A program made the position numbers and the translations under genes. Positions 22,588 through 33,671 of a stretch of DNA of 64,000 nucleotides are shown in pieces; position 1 is the stretch's first letter; each line of letters opens with the position of its first letter. Source of the stretch: Selaginella moellendorffii (lineage: Eukaryota; Plantae; Lycopodiophyta). The stretch lies in contig NW_003314271.1 of NCBI RefSeq assembly GCF_000143415.4, positions 1,327,431 through 1,391,430 on the forward strand, given 5' to 3'. A model generated the notes under the pieces. The model saw only the letters and a program-made list of their open reading frames with translations. It made no database searches and was not told where the DNA came from.

Positions 22588-24018
22588 AAGCTTGCCATAA
22601 TGCAATGCTATCAAAGTTGGGGAAGCAGTTCCTGAGTGCTCAAAGAGATGGCTTTGAATGAAAGTTGATGGTCGAGGGCTTTCCTGCTTGTGCATGAAAC
22701 CATGTTACATTGGTCGGATGACTTGCTAAGTGAAATTGGCAAGTCATGGGAACAAATACCCTAGTTGAAGGTTTTAACTTCAAACAGGTGGCCCATGGGG
22801 CTAAGCATGGAGGAGTTCATGCATGATCACAAATTTGTCAAGTAAAAGGACTTGGTAGTGTGGAGGAATTAGGTTCCTAAGCTGTGATTTGTAGCATGCT
22901 TTAAGTATAAGTTGGTGCACCGGCATGAGGAGTCAAACTAGGCATTTTAGGCGATGCCGTCCGTAAATGCATATACGGAGGTTGGGTTCGAGTCCCGACC
23001 CTTTAGTGCTTGGGTTTGAGTCCCAAATCACTAGGGCGTGGTGATGGGTTGGAATATGAGGACACTCATTTTTCGGTGGTCATGGACTTTCAATGAGGAG
23101 ACTGATTTGGGCACACCGCCAAGCGAGAGATGCCTCGGAGTCGTGATGCACAGTTAGATTGCTTAATGCAAAAGCTTGGCACATCTAACTTGAATGTTTT
23201 AGTGCAAATGGCACCAAAGATGTGGTGAGTGAGATGGGGACACCTAATCTCAATTGCCAGGAACCCTTGGCTGTAAGGGTTGGCTTGGGTGCACCGCCAA
23301 GTGTGGGGGATGCCCTTGGGGTCATGGTCAACAATTTAAAAGTCTAGAAGACTAAGTATCTCTTGGCAACTCTGTTAAGTTGCCAAGGTGAGATCACTAG
23401 GTGATCTTGTGGCTAAATAAGGACAAGGAGGAATGAAGTTCTTGGTTCAAAGTGTTGATTTAAACTGTTTAAGATGGTGTAGCTTGGTCAAGATGACCAA
23501 GTGGGAAGAGCACCTAAGGGAAATAAGCTATGTCCATGCGATGGTATAGTGAGTCTGAGGAAAATAGTCTCTATAAGAGACCCATGGGAGGGTCACTAAA
23601 TTGGGCTATGAATAAAATCATAGCAGAAAATGATAAGGAGACATACTAGAGGTAAACACCCTCTAGACTTGGCAAGCAAAGTCTTTGCTATAAAACCAAA
23701 AGGATACCTCAAGAATGGAGGTAGCAATCCTATATTGTTGGGTGCAACTATCAAAGGATAGGAGCAAAAGACTAATGGCTAAGAAAAGTGCCATGGGAAC
23801 CATGGGAAAGAATCCAAAAGGCAAATTTAGGCCAAACACATTAATGGGTTAGGAGCTAACAAATTGTGGGAAAAGCAAGGTGTTTCTAAGGATGGATTCC
23901 CAATTGCTCCAATTTGGCAAAAGTGGAAGCTCCAAGGGAGGGAACGATAAGGTAGCCAAATGACAGAGCCATGGATAACCTTAGCACAAATTATGATAAC
24001 TGGAATTTAGTGCCTAAG

Positions 24019-25159
24019 TGTAAGGAACCCACTCCCCGAGATGTCGTAGGCTAAAGGATCCCTGAAAGCATGACCGAAATGACAAAGAGTTTATCGGATG
24101 GGACCGAGTCGAAGATCGAGTCCAAGACCGACTCAGAGACCGAGTTTGAGATAGAGTCCGGGATCAAGCTGAGGCCGAATCGGAGACCGAGTTCGAGACC
24201 GAGTTCGAGACAGAGTTCGAGATCCAAATCAGGTCCGAGACCGAGTCCGAGGTCGAGTCCGAAGTCGAGTCCGAGATTGGGTCTGAGATCGAGTCCGAAA
24301 TCGAGTCCGAGACCAAGTCCGAAGTCAGGTCCGAGATTGAGTCCAAGATCGATTTTGAGACTAAGTCCAAATACTAATACAGCTCAAGGGGTGAAAGCCC
24401 AAAGCGTGCGTCTCCCGGGGGGGGGCTGTAGGGGGTTCCAAAAGTATAGTAGAGATAGTGAGGTCTAGGAACCAGTCTTGAAGGAACTCTCCAGTGGTGC
24501 TTCCAAACTGACTTGAGGTTGAGACTGGGGCCGAGGGGCCTTGGGTGGGAGTGAGCATGGGCTTGGGTGGTGCCGGAGGTGCCACCCAGGGAAGTGCTCA
24601 AGAGCAGCTCCCATTCTCGAAAGGGAAACTGACTGCGGTGCTCCTGGCTCATGTGGAGTGGTGCCCCACTTGAGTACCTTGTGGCTCATTGGTCCTCGCC
24701 CTTCCTAGGGGCTTGGGCCTTCCCTTCGGGATGGAAGTGGGGGGTAGAGATACCCATACCGGGCCGTTAGGCCACGGTGTTTCACCCCGACGTCCCGAAG
24801 CAAGTGCTACACCCAAGGCTTGGGATTTAAAGGGTCCCATGATTAAGTCATGTGGTACCAAGGGGTGTTAGGAATCTGGAGGCTTGGTGTGCTTGGCTGC
24901 TTATGCCTGCGGGGAGTGTAGCCGAACCTTAAGTCCAGTCTAACCCGGGGAGGGGGATTGGGAGAGATTTGGGAATCTGTAGATGGATGGCTAACACTCC
25001 GTTGCTCGTGTAGTGAGTAGTTGAAACCAAGTAGGACCAAGTAGGAGCTGGTACCATAGGCGAGAACCTTGGTGAGGGAATTTAACACAAGCCAAGGCAG
25101 AGTTGGCCGGATAGATGAGGTAAGCTGGCAAATTGGAAAAGAAAAATTTGTGGTTTACA
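24019..25159 (+). repeat. 5' LTR of chromovirus, with a GAGTCC/GAGACC hexamer array (~24100-24370)
   Basis: Near-identical to 30535-31693. Confidence 0.95.
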
Positions 25160-25162
25160 ATT

Positions 25163-25175
25163 TGGTATCGGAGCC
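25163..25175 (+). promoter_or_regulatory. Primer-binding site, tRNA-iMet type
   Basis: TGGTATCGGAGCC 3 nt after the LTR (canonical TGGTATCAGAGC). Confidence 0.9.
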
Positions 25176-25218
25176 TTTTCCTCAGTTCTAGCGAAGGATA
25201 GAGGCGGATTGCTGGGAG

Positions 25219-28200
25219 ATGGCAAAGGCAGGGCGTAAGCGAACCTAGGCGGAGACAGAACCTCCGCCAGAGCTGGAGCCTCCGGTCGAACAAAAGGCTA
25301 TGGATGAGGAATCCTTGCATGAGGAGGATTCCAATGAGGAAACTTCCAAACAGGAGTCCGGTGGCGAGGTTCGGTCGTCCAAGGCTCGATTGGACGTTCT
25401 AGAAGGACAATTGGCACAGACCAATGCCCTGCTAAAGACTCTTGTACGCAAGCTAAAGCGTGACGAGAAGCGGAAGAAAAAGCGAAAGACTGCGGATGCT
25501 GGTAGCGTAGAAGATGTGGACCCTTCAGCAGGGACTGAGACAAAACCAAACAAGGTCGAACAGACCGAAGTGGAATCAGTCCCTTAGGCAGTTCCCAAGT
25601 ACAAACCAAAGCCCCCACCGATCTTCAAGGGAGTGAACGATTATAAGGTGGTGGAGGATTGGTTTTACAATATGGAGGACTACTTCCGAGCGTTGCGGTT
25701 ACCGAGCTCGGAGAAGGTCCCATGTGCAAAACCATACTTGGCAGATAATGCCAAGTCTTGGTGGAGAACGACAGAGGCCAACGAAGGACCGGTAGCCACT
25801 TGGGAAATGATGAAGGCGAGGATCCGCACAACTTACGTTCCTCCGAATGCTACTCTGCATCTAAGGGACGAGCTGAGTAGGCTGAAGCAGACCGGAACCA
25901 TTCAGGAGTATGTGAATGGGTTTATGGCAAAGAGAATACTTGTCACAGACATGGGGGATATGGATGCATTCCATGCCTTCATATCAGGTTTGCAAACCTG
26001 GGCTCGCGGTGAAGTGATGCGGTGGAACCCGACCAACTACAAGGAAGGTGCATTTCAACAATAATGTAAACGCCTGAGTTTGGACTTCCCGGGAGGTCAC
26101 CCAGCCCAGTACTATTCAAACCCAAGGACGCTTAACTCCAACTATCCCAAGACCCTTAACCGATTGGAAAAGGGGGTGCACTCTTGTTCATGGGCCCTTT
26201 CCCTCTATATTTGAACCCCATGGACCGTCTCTCGAGTCGTTCCCTTTGGTTGCTTACAAATAACCTGCAAAAGGGGAACACGACAGGGTCGAGATCCACG
26301 TTTAGCAAAGGGGCCAAAGCAAGGGGAACGTTTAGCAGTGGGAAATTCAAGAAGAGTTTCTCTAAGAATGAGTCCTCGGGGTTCCGGAAAGGCAAATCCG
26401 GTGGCCAGCGAGCGAGTACGTAGGGGAGTCAAGCGAAAAAAGACAAACTCACGGATAAAAAGGTCAAGTCGTATAGCAGCGTGGGAAACAACGTATGCTA
26501 CAACTGTGGTGAAGCGGGACACTTTTCGAGGGAATGTCCTTACCCGAAGAAGGCTAGAGCCAATATGGCCATCAAATCAGGTGAAGTCCAAATTGAGGTA
26601 TGTGATCCAGTCCCTAACTCAAAGTTACTCATTACACGAGCAACTTTGTTAGAGAGTCGTTCACGACATCTACTAACCCTTCGAGGAAAGCTCGAAGGTA
26701 GCTTTGTTAAGATCCTTATTGACACGGGTGCTTCGGATAATTTTGTGGCTGCAGACATAGTCCGGCAAGCCGGACTAACAGTGTAGCAGCTAGGCGAACC
26801 AAGGACTATAGAGTTTGTTCAAGGTAGCCAAAGCATCGATGAGGTAATTCGACAAGCGAGAGTCGAAGTAGGGACATGGAAAGTGGACATGGATTTCACC
26901 GTGTTGGACATAGAGGGATTTGACGTGATCTTCGGAATGGACTGGTTCAATTGGTTCGTGGTAGCCCTGCATGGACAAGGTAGAAACTTTGTGGTACTGG
27001 CGAATGCCCAAGGAAGAAGATCTAGGGTGGAGGCCCAGGATCTAAAGGTAGGGCAAAGCAAGGCCAAAGAATCCTGCTTAAACCTGGTGTCCACAAGAGG
27101 ACAACTCACTAAAAGAACTAAGGCAGCATTTTTGTGCTTACTCTCGGTGAAGAGTGACAAAAAGACAGGAACGAAAGAAGTACCTTTAGTGATCCAATTC
27201 CAGGATACCATGCCGGAGGAGTTACCGGCAGGGTTGCCCCCTGCACGACCGATAGAACATAAGATTGAGCTGGTCGAGGGTGCTGAGGCGGTGGTTCGTC
27301 TCCCCTATCGTTTGAACGAGAAAGAACTCGAGGAGCTCAAGCGCCAACTAGAGGAGTTGGTGGACAAAGGGTATGTTAAGTTGAGCAAATTGCCGTATGG
27401 GGCGCCAGTGTTATTTGTGAAAAAGAAAGATGGATCTATGCGCATGTGCATAGACTATCGGTTACTCAACAAGTATACAAAGAAGAACAAGTACCCTTTG
27501 CCCAGGATTGAGGACCTATTCGATAGGTTGGGAAAGGCAAAATACTTCTCGAGGATTGACCTAAGGTCAGGATACTACCAGATCAGGGTAGCCGAGGAAT
27601 ATGTCAAGAAGACAACCTGTCGAACAAGGTATGGGAGCTTTGAGTTTCTGATGATGCCCTTCGGGCTATGCAATACGCCGGCAACGTTTTTGGTGCTGAT
27701 GAACCACATCTTTGTACCCTATCTAGATCACTTCGTGGTTGTCTATATCGACGACATCCTGATCTATAGTGAGACGCTAGAGGAGCATGCCGAACACTTG
27801 GCGAAGGTGTTTGAGAAACTAAGGGAATACAAACTGTATGCTAAAGAGAGCAAATGTGACTTTGCTCAACAAGAGGTAAAGTTTCTCGGGCATGTGGTGG
27901 GCCAGGACGGGCTCAAGGTAGACCCGGAGAAGGTCCAAGCGATCTAGGAATGGGAGCAACCATCGAATGTACATGAGTTGAGGGTGTTCTTGGGGCTATG
28001 CAACTACTATCGAAAGTTTATCAGACACTATTCAAGAGTAGCCCTGCCCTTAACGGACCAGACAGGAAAAGGGAAGATGGTATGGACAGCAGAATGCGAG
28101 GCGGCATTCGTCCACCTCAAAGGGAAGTTGAGGAAGGCTCCCGTATTGGCATTACCAGACTTTGGTAAGGACTTTGAGGTAGAAACGGATGCTTCGGACT

Positions 28201-30155
28201 CTGCGTTGGGTGCAATTTTGAAACAAGACAACCATCCGGTAGCGTTCTTCTCGAAGAAGTTGGACAAGGCTCAAAGGAAGTAGCCTGCCCACGAGAAAGA
28301 ATTGTTTGTGGTGGTCAAGGCGCTCAAGGAGTGGCGACACTACCTTGGGAGACACTTCAAGGTTTATACGGACAATGTGGGAACGAAACACTTCTTGTCA
28401 CAGCCCGACCTGAGAGGGAAACAAGGTTGGTGGGCCAATGCCTTGGCCGAGTTTGATTGCGAGATTCTGTACAAGCCTGGGAAGAGCAACATCGTGGCTG
28501 ATGCGCTAAGTCGAAAAGCAAGCTTGAGGTTGGTGATATCCAGCGCAACAGCAACCTTCTGGGACGATATGCGGACAGCATATGAGAATGATGGTCTAGC
28601 ACAAGAAGTGTTGCTGAGGAATCTAAAGGCACGGGAAGCTCACCAGAGAGGTGAGCTGCCAACGGAAGAGAAAACGGGCTATGCGGAACGCAACAGACTC
28701 ATCTATTACAAGCAAATGAGGGTATATGTTCCAGAAGGGGAACTAAGGAAGGTAGCCTTAAAAGAGTGTCATGACAGACCTCTTGCGGGACACGGCAGAG
28801 TGCCCAAGATGATGGGCTTACTCAAGAGGAAGTACCATTGGCCAGATATGGCTAAGGACGTCTAAGACTATGTAAAGACATGTCCAACATGTCAACAGGT
28901 CAAAGCCGTGACTAAGGCTAGTGGGGGCTTGTTGCAAAGCATCCCAATTCCAGATCGTTCGTGGAAGTGTCTTACGATGGACTTCATCACGGGACTTCCC
29001 CCAAGCGAGGGGTTTGATGCGATATTCGTGGTGGTGGACCGATTTTTGAAAATGGCACATTTCATACCCACCACAACGGAGGTGGATGCAGAAGGTGTGG
29101 CAAAGCTGTTCTTCGAACAAGTGGTTCGAGTGCGGGGAAGACCGGAAGAGATCATCTCAGATTGAAATAAGATCTTCACCAGTAGGTTCTGGAGGACTCT
29201 CCTAGAACAATATCGCACCAAGTTGAAATTCAGCACAGCCTATCACCCACAGACAGGTATGGGGTATTAAGTCAAGTTTGTTGGCACTAACACTTCTTGA
29301 CAGATGGACAAACGGAAAGGGTGAATAGGCAGCTGGAGGATTATTTGCGATGCTATGTCTCGGGAGACCAAACCGATTGGGTAAGTCATTTGGGACTTGC
29401 GGAAATGTGTTATAACAACTCACCACATTCGAGTATCGGGGTGAGTCCATGGGAAGTCATCAATGGGCGAGCTATTGAAGGTCCTGTGGAACTCGGCATG
29501 GCCGAGTATCATGGAGAGTTACCCGCAGTGGAGGCATTCACGGCGGAAAGACTCAGCATTTGGAATCTAGTGAGGGATTCCTTGGAACGGGCTCAACAAA
29601 GGCAAACCAAATACACGAACCAAAAACATCGGGATGTAGAGTTCCAAGCTGGGGAGAAGGTGTGGCTGAACACCAAGAACCTCAGGCTACCAAGTGGGAT
29701 CAGCCGGAAGTTGAACCAAAGGTAAAAATGCATGTATTCCTGTAAATGAGTTGATCTTGAGTTTCGTAAGCAGGTTCGCAGGGTCTTACGAGATTGAGGC
29801 ACGAATCGGTAAAGTGGCTTATCGACTCCGACTTCCTCGAGAGATGGGGAAGATGCATCCAGTGTTCCATGTGAACTTACTCAAGCCGTACTTTGAGGAT
29901 CCGCTTCGCAAGGACCAAGTGAGGCCTTTATCTGAGGTTATCCAAGGGGAAGAGGAATACGAAGTCGAGGCCATCCTCAATGCGCGCAAGAACAAGCGAC
30001 AAGGATGCAAGGTGAGAGAGTTCCATGTGAAGTGGAAAGGATTTCCACACTGTGAAGCAACATGGGAACCGGAGGAGAACCTAGCGAACGCACGAGATCT
30101 AGTGGAGGAATTTCTGCAAGGCAAAACTCTATGTACTTATGCAAAGTTTAATTAA
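25219..30155 (+). pseudogene. gag-pol of chromovirus with many TAG/TGA stops and two introns in integrase
   Basis: CYNCGEAGHFSRECP; LIDTGAS; [10 protein letters not shown]; VYIDDILIY; ETDASD; NIVADALSR; TMDFITGLP; YHPQT|DGQTER; KLNQR|FAGSY; chromodomain EYEVEAIL...VKWKGFPHCEATWEPEENL. Confidence 0.93.
26065..26258 (-). mobile_element. Cassandra-like TRIM solo LTR carrying a 5S rRNA-derived segment
   Basis: TGTAA...TTACA ends; 5-bp TSD AATAA (26060-26064, 26259-26263). The minus strand of 26084-26137 reads AGTTAAGCGTCCTTGGGTTTGAATAGTACTGGGCTGGGTGACCTCCCGGGAAGT, resembling the 5S A-box to C-box region. Confidence 0.88.
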
Positions 30156-30520
30156 AAATATATAAATTTGCGAAGTTGAGCAAAAGGCATATGTTGGGAC
30201 CCGGTAAGCTAAGTAGCATGGGTTAGCTAGGTCGACCAGGCGTAGGGCACTACGCCCGACTCCCCGTGGGGATGTCGAATTCTATGGAGGTTGGGTTCAA
30301 GTCCCAACCCCCTAGTAAAGCAAGGCTAGGTTCAAGTCCCAACCCTATACTAGGGCGTGGTGAAGTGAGGAGTATAGGGACACATATACTCCGTTGTCAT
30401 GAGCTCTTGGCCGGGGACGCTAACTTAGGCACACCGCTAAGTGGGGGGATGCCCCCGGAGACATGGTCAACAAGTTGTAGGATAAAAAGAGACGTTCGAT
30501 GTGGGCATCGAACTTCTTCT

Positions 30521-30534
30521 ATGGGTGGTGGAGT
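30521..30534 (+). promoter_or_regulatory. Polypurine tract of chromovirus
   Basis: ATGGGTGGTGGAGT immediately before the 3' LTR; same sequence at 32148-32161. Confidence 0.8.
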
Positions 30535-31693
30535 TGTAAGGAACCCACTCCCCGAGATGTCGTAGGCTAAAGGATCCCCGAAAGCATGACCGAAATGACA
30601 AAGAGTTTATCAGATGGGACCGAGTCGAAGATCGAGTCCAAGACCGACTCAGAGACCGAGTTCGAGATAGAGTCCGGGATCGAGCTAAGGCCGAATCGGA
30701 GACCGAGTTTGAGACCGAGTTTGAGATAGAGTCCGAGATCCAAATCGGGTCTGAGACCAAGTCCGAGGTCGAGTCCGAAGTCGAGTCTGAGATCGGGTCT
30801 GAGATCGAGTCCAAAATTGAGTCCGAGTCCAAAATTGAGTCCGAGACCAAGTCTGAAGTCGGGTCCGAGGTCGAGTTCGAGATCAATTCTGAGACTAAGT
30901 CCAAATACTAATACAGCTCAAGGGGTGAAAGCCCAAAGTGTGCGTTTCCTAGGGGGGGGGGGGGGGGGCTGCAGGGGGTTCCAAAAGTATAGTAGAGATA
31001 GTGAGGTCTAGGAACCAGTCTTGAAGGAACTCTCCAATGGTGCTTCCAAACTGACTTGAGGTTGAGATTGGGGCCGAGGGGCCTTGGGTGGGAGTGAGCA
31101 TGGGCTTGGGTGGTGCCGGAGGTGCCACCCAGGGAAGTGCTCAAGAGCAGCTCCCACTCCCGAAAGGGAAACTGACTGCGGTGCTCCCGGCTCATGTGGA
31201 GTGGTGCCCCACTTGAGTACCTTGTGGCTCATTGGTCCTCGCCCTTCCTAAGGGCTTGGGCCTTCGCTTCGGGATGGAAGTGGGGGGGTAGAGGTACCCA
31301 TACCGGGCCGTTAGGCCACGGTGTTTCACCCCGACGTCCCGAAGCAAGTGTTGCACCCAAGGCTTGGGATTTAAAGGGTCCCATGATCAAGTCTTGTGGT
31401 ACCAAGGGGTGTTAGGAATCTGGAGGCTTGGTGTGCTTGGCTTCTTGTGCCTGCGGGGAGTGTAGCCGAACCTTAAGTCCAGTCTAACCAAGGGAGGGGG
31501 ATTGGGAGAGATTTGGGAATCCATAAATGGATGGCTAACACTCCGTTGCTCGTGTAGTGAGTAGCTGAAACCAAGTAGGAGCTGGTACCATAGGCGAGAA
31601 CCTTGGCGAGGGAACTTAGCACAAGCCAAGGCAGAGTTGGCTGGATAGACGAGGTAAGCTGGCAAATTGGAAAGGAAAAATTTGTGGTTTACA
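30535..31693 (+). repeat. 3' LTR of chromovirus
   Basis: Near-identical to 24019-25159; followed by CTAAG. Confidence 0.95.
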
Positions 31694-33671
31694 CTAAGGA
31701 GGTATGAAATAGAAGAGAGGATAATGGTGCCCTCAAGTAAAGAACTTTCTAGAATGGGGAAGTAGAGTTGCACAATATGTGCAATGCAAGGTGTTGGAGA
31801 CACCTAGGAAATTGACTTCAAAGTCCAAAGTAAAAGTTCCAAAGTGCAAAGGTTATATCAATGGAAACTGAGACTACTCGAGAAGGAGTCGTGGGATTAA
31901 GATAGAGATGGTTTCTAACAGGTTTAGCGAGAACTCAACCAATAAAAGGAAAGAACCACTACAAGTGGTCTAATCAGTCTCTAAGTTGGAGAAACTATCC
32001 TCCTTAGAGTATGGGTAAGGCATGGTGAGCCTTCGGTATCAAACCATTGACAAATATTAACGAGGTGCCAAGAATGGAAAGGGTAATACATGTTAGTATT
32101 ACTTTATAAAATAGTTTATTGTTCGATGAGGACATCGAACTTTGTCTATGGGTGGTGGAGTTGTGAGACACAAAATCCCTAGGCCCCAAAGTGGAGCCGA
32201 AAGGGTGCCACGTGGTAGTGGCCGAAGCGAAAGCCAAATGAACGTAACACATTTGGACTAAAAGCTCCGACTTGAAAAGTCAAGAGTGGGAGTGGAACTC
32301 TCAACGACATGCTCGAGGAACAAGCATAAAGCAAGCAATAAGTGAGTCTCTTCTATAGAAAAGGGACACAAGAGGACCAACATATGACACGTGGAGGAGT
32401 CCGAGATGGAGTCCGAGAAGAACCTGAAATGGAGTCTGAGATGGACCCGAAATGGAGTCCAAGATGGAGTCTGAGATGGACCCGAGATGGAGTCCAAGAT
32501 GGAGTCCAAGATAAAGTCTGAGATGGAATCCGAGATGGAATCCGAGATAGAGTCCGATAAGGACCTGAGATGGAGTCTGAAGTCGAGATCGAGACCTAGA
32601 CCGGGACCAAGACCGGGACCGAGACCGGGACCAAGACCGAGATCGAGATCGAGGCCGAGGCCGAGACTGAGCCCAAGCCCAAGTCCAAGTCCGAGTCCGA
32701 GTCTAAGTCTGAGGGGGTGAAAGCCCAAAGTGTTCGTCTCCTAGACCCTGCGGGGTTTGGTGAGCTCCAAAAGTATAGTAGGGGGAGGACTCCAGTGGAG
32801 CAAATTTGGCCAGGAAAGGCCAGTTTGTCCCAGGAAGGCTGTACCCAAGTGTTGGGTGATGGGATAACCACTGGGAAGTCCAAGGCTAGAGTGAATACTA
32901 ACTGACAAGTGGGGTAGCTTGGTGAAGTGTTCAAGAGCTAGCTCTAGTTCCCCTGGGAAATTGAATGGTCGATGCTCCCAATCCAAGTGTGGGTGGCACT
33001 ACCTGCTTGGATACCTGGCGTGGCTCAATGGAACCTCGCTCTAAGCCTATGGCTAGAGCACCCAAAGGTGGAAGGTAGGGAGAGTACCCATAAGGCTCGC
33101 GTAGGGCCACGATGTTCTGAAATGGGGTCCCAAAGGCCCAAACTATGGAAAGGAAGAGGAGTAATCCTCTAGTGTAGTGACCAAGGATATAGTTGGGTGA
33201 TGAGGAAGTCCTAGAGGACCATGGGACTTAGTGTTCGGGCTTGTGGGCCTCGATCTAGTGGCAGTGTTGGCGAACACAGCCATGGGCAGAAAGGGATTTG
33301 GTGGGGACCGGAAAAAGAGATATTGGGGAAGGCTATTCCCCATGCCTGTGGGCATCCTAAAGATGTTAAGGAGTGGATTTGGGATGATCACTCATGGACA
33401 AATGGCCCAGTCTTTGAGAGATGGGGCTGTGATGCAAGTGGTGTCAGACCACCAATGTGACCAAAGTGAATGAGCATGGCCTTAGCATAACAGGCTAATA
33501 CGTCAGTGGTACCTTGGGGTGTCGGTCATAGGATCAGACACGTGGAGCATTTGGACCAAGTGCAATAGTTGAGTGGCATGGATGCCATTCTTGGGGCTAG
33601 CAAGTCCCTAAGTCCAAAATAGGATTTATGGAGGTTGTGAGTGAGACTCCTCCAAATAGTCAGAGGTGTGG

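Larger units (their letters stand above)
24019..31693 (+). mobile_element. Ty3/gypsy chromovirus, full length but decayed
   Basis: LTRs 24019-25159 and 30535-31693 (TGTAAG...TTACA); 5-bp TSD CTAAG; Met-type PBS; PPT; gag-PR-RT-RH-INT-chromodomain. Confidence 0.96.

Noticed and set aside
22981-23030. tRNA gene
   Set aside because: Only a T-arm/B-box-like motif; no acceptor, D or anticodon arms are evident.
24070-24468. Ser/Arg/Pro-rich ORFs here and at 30467-31011, 32258-32728 and 41525-42228 as proteins
   Set aside because: They are translations of 6/12-bp LTR tandem arrays.
26084-26137. Functional 5S rRNA gene
   Set aside because: Only ~54 nt of the internal region is present, embedded in a TG...CA unit with a TSD.
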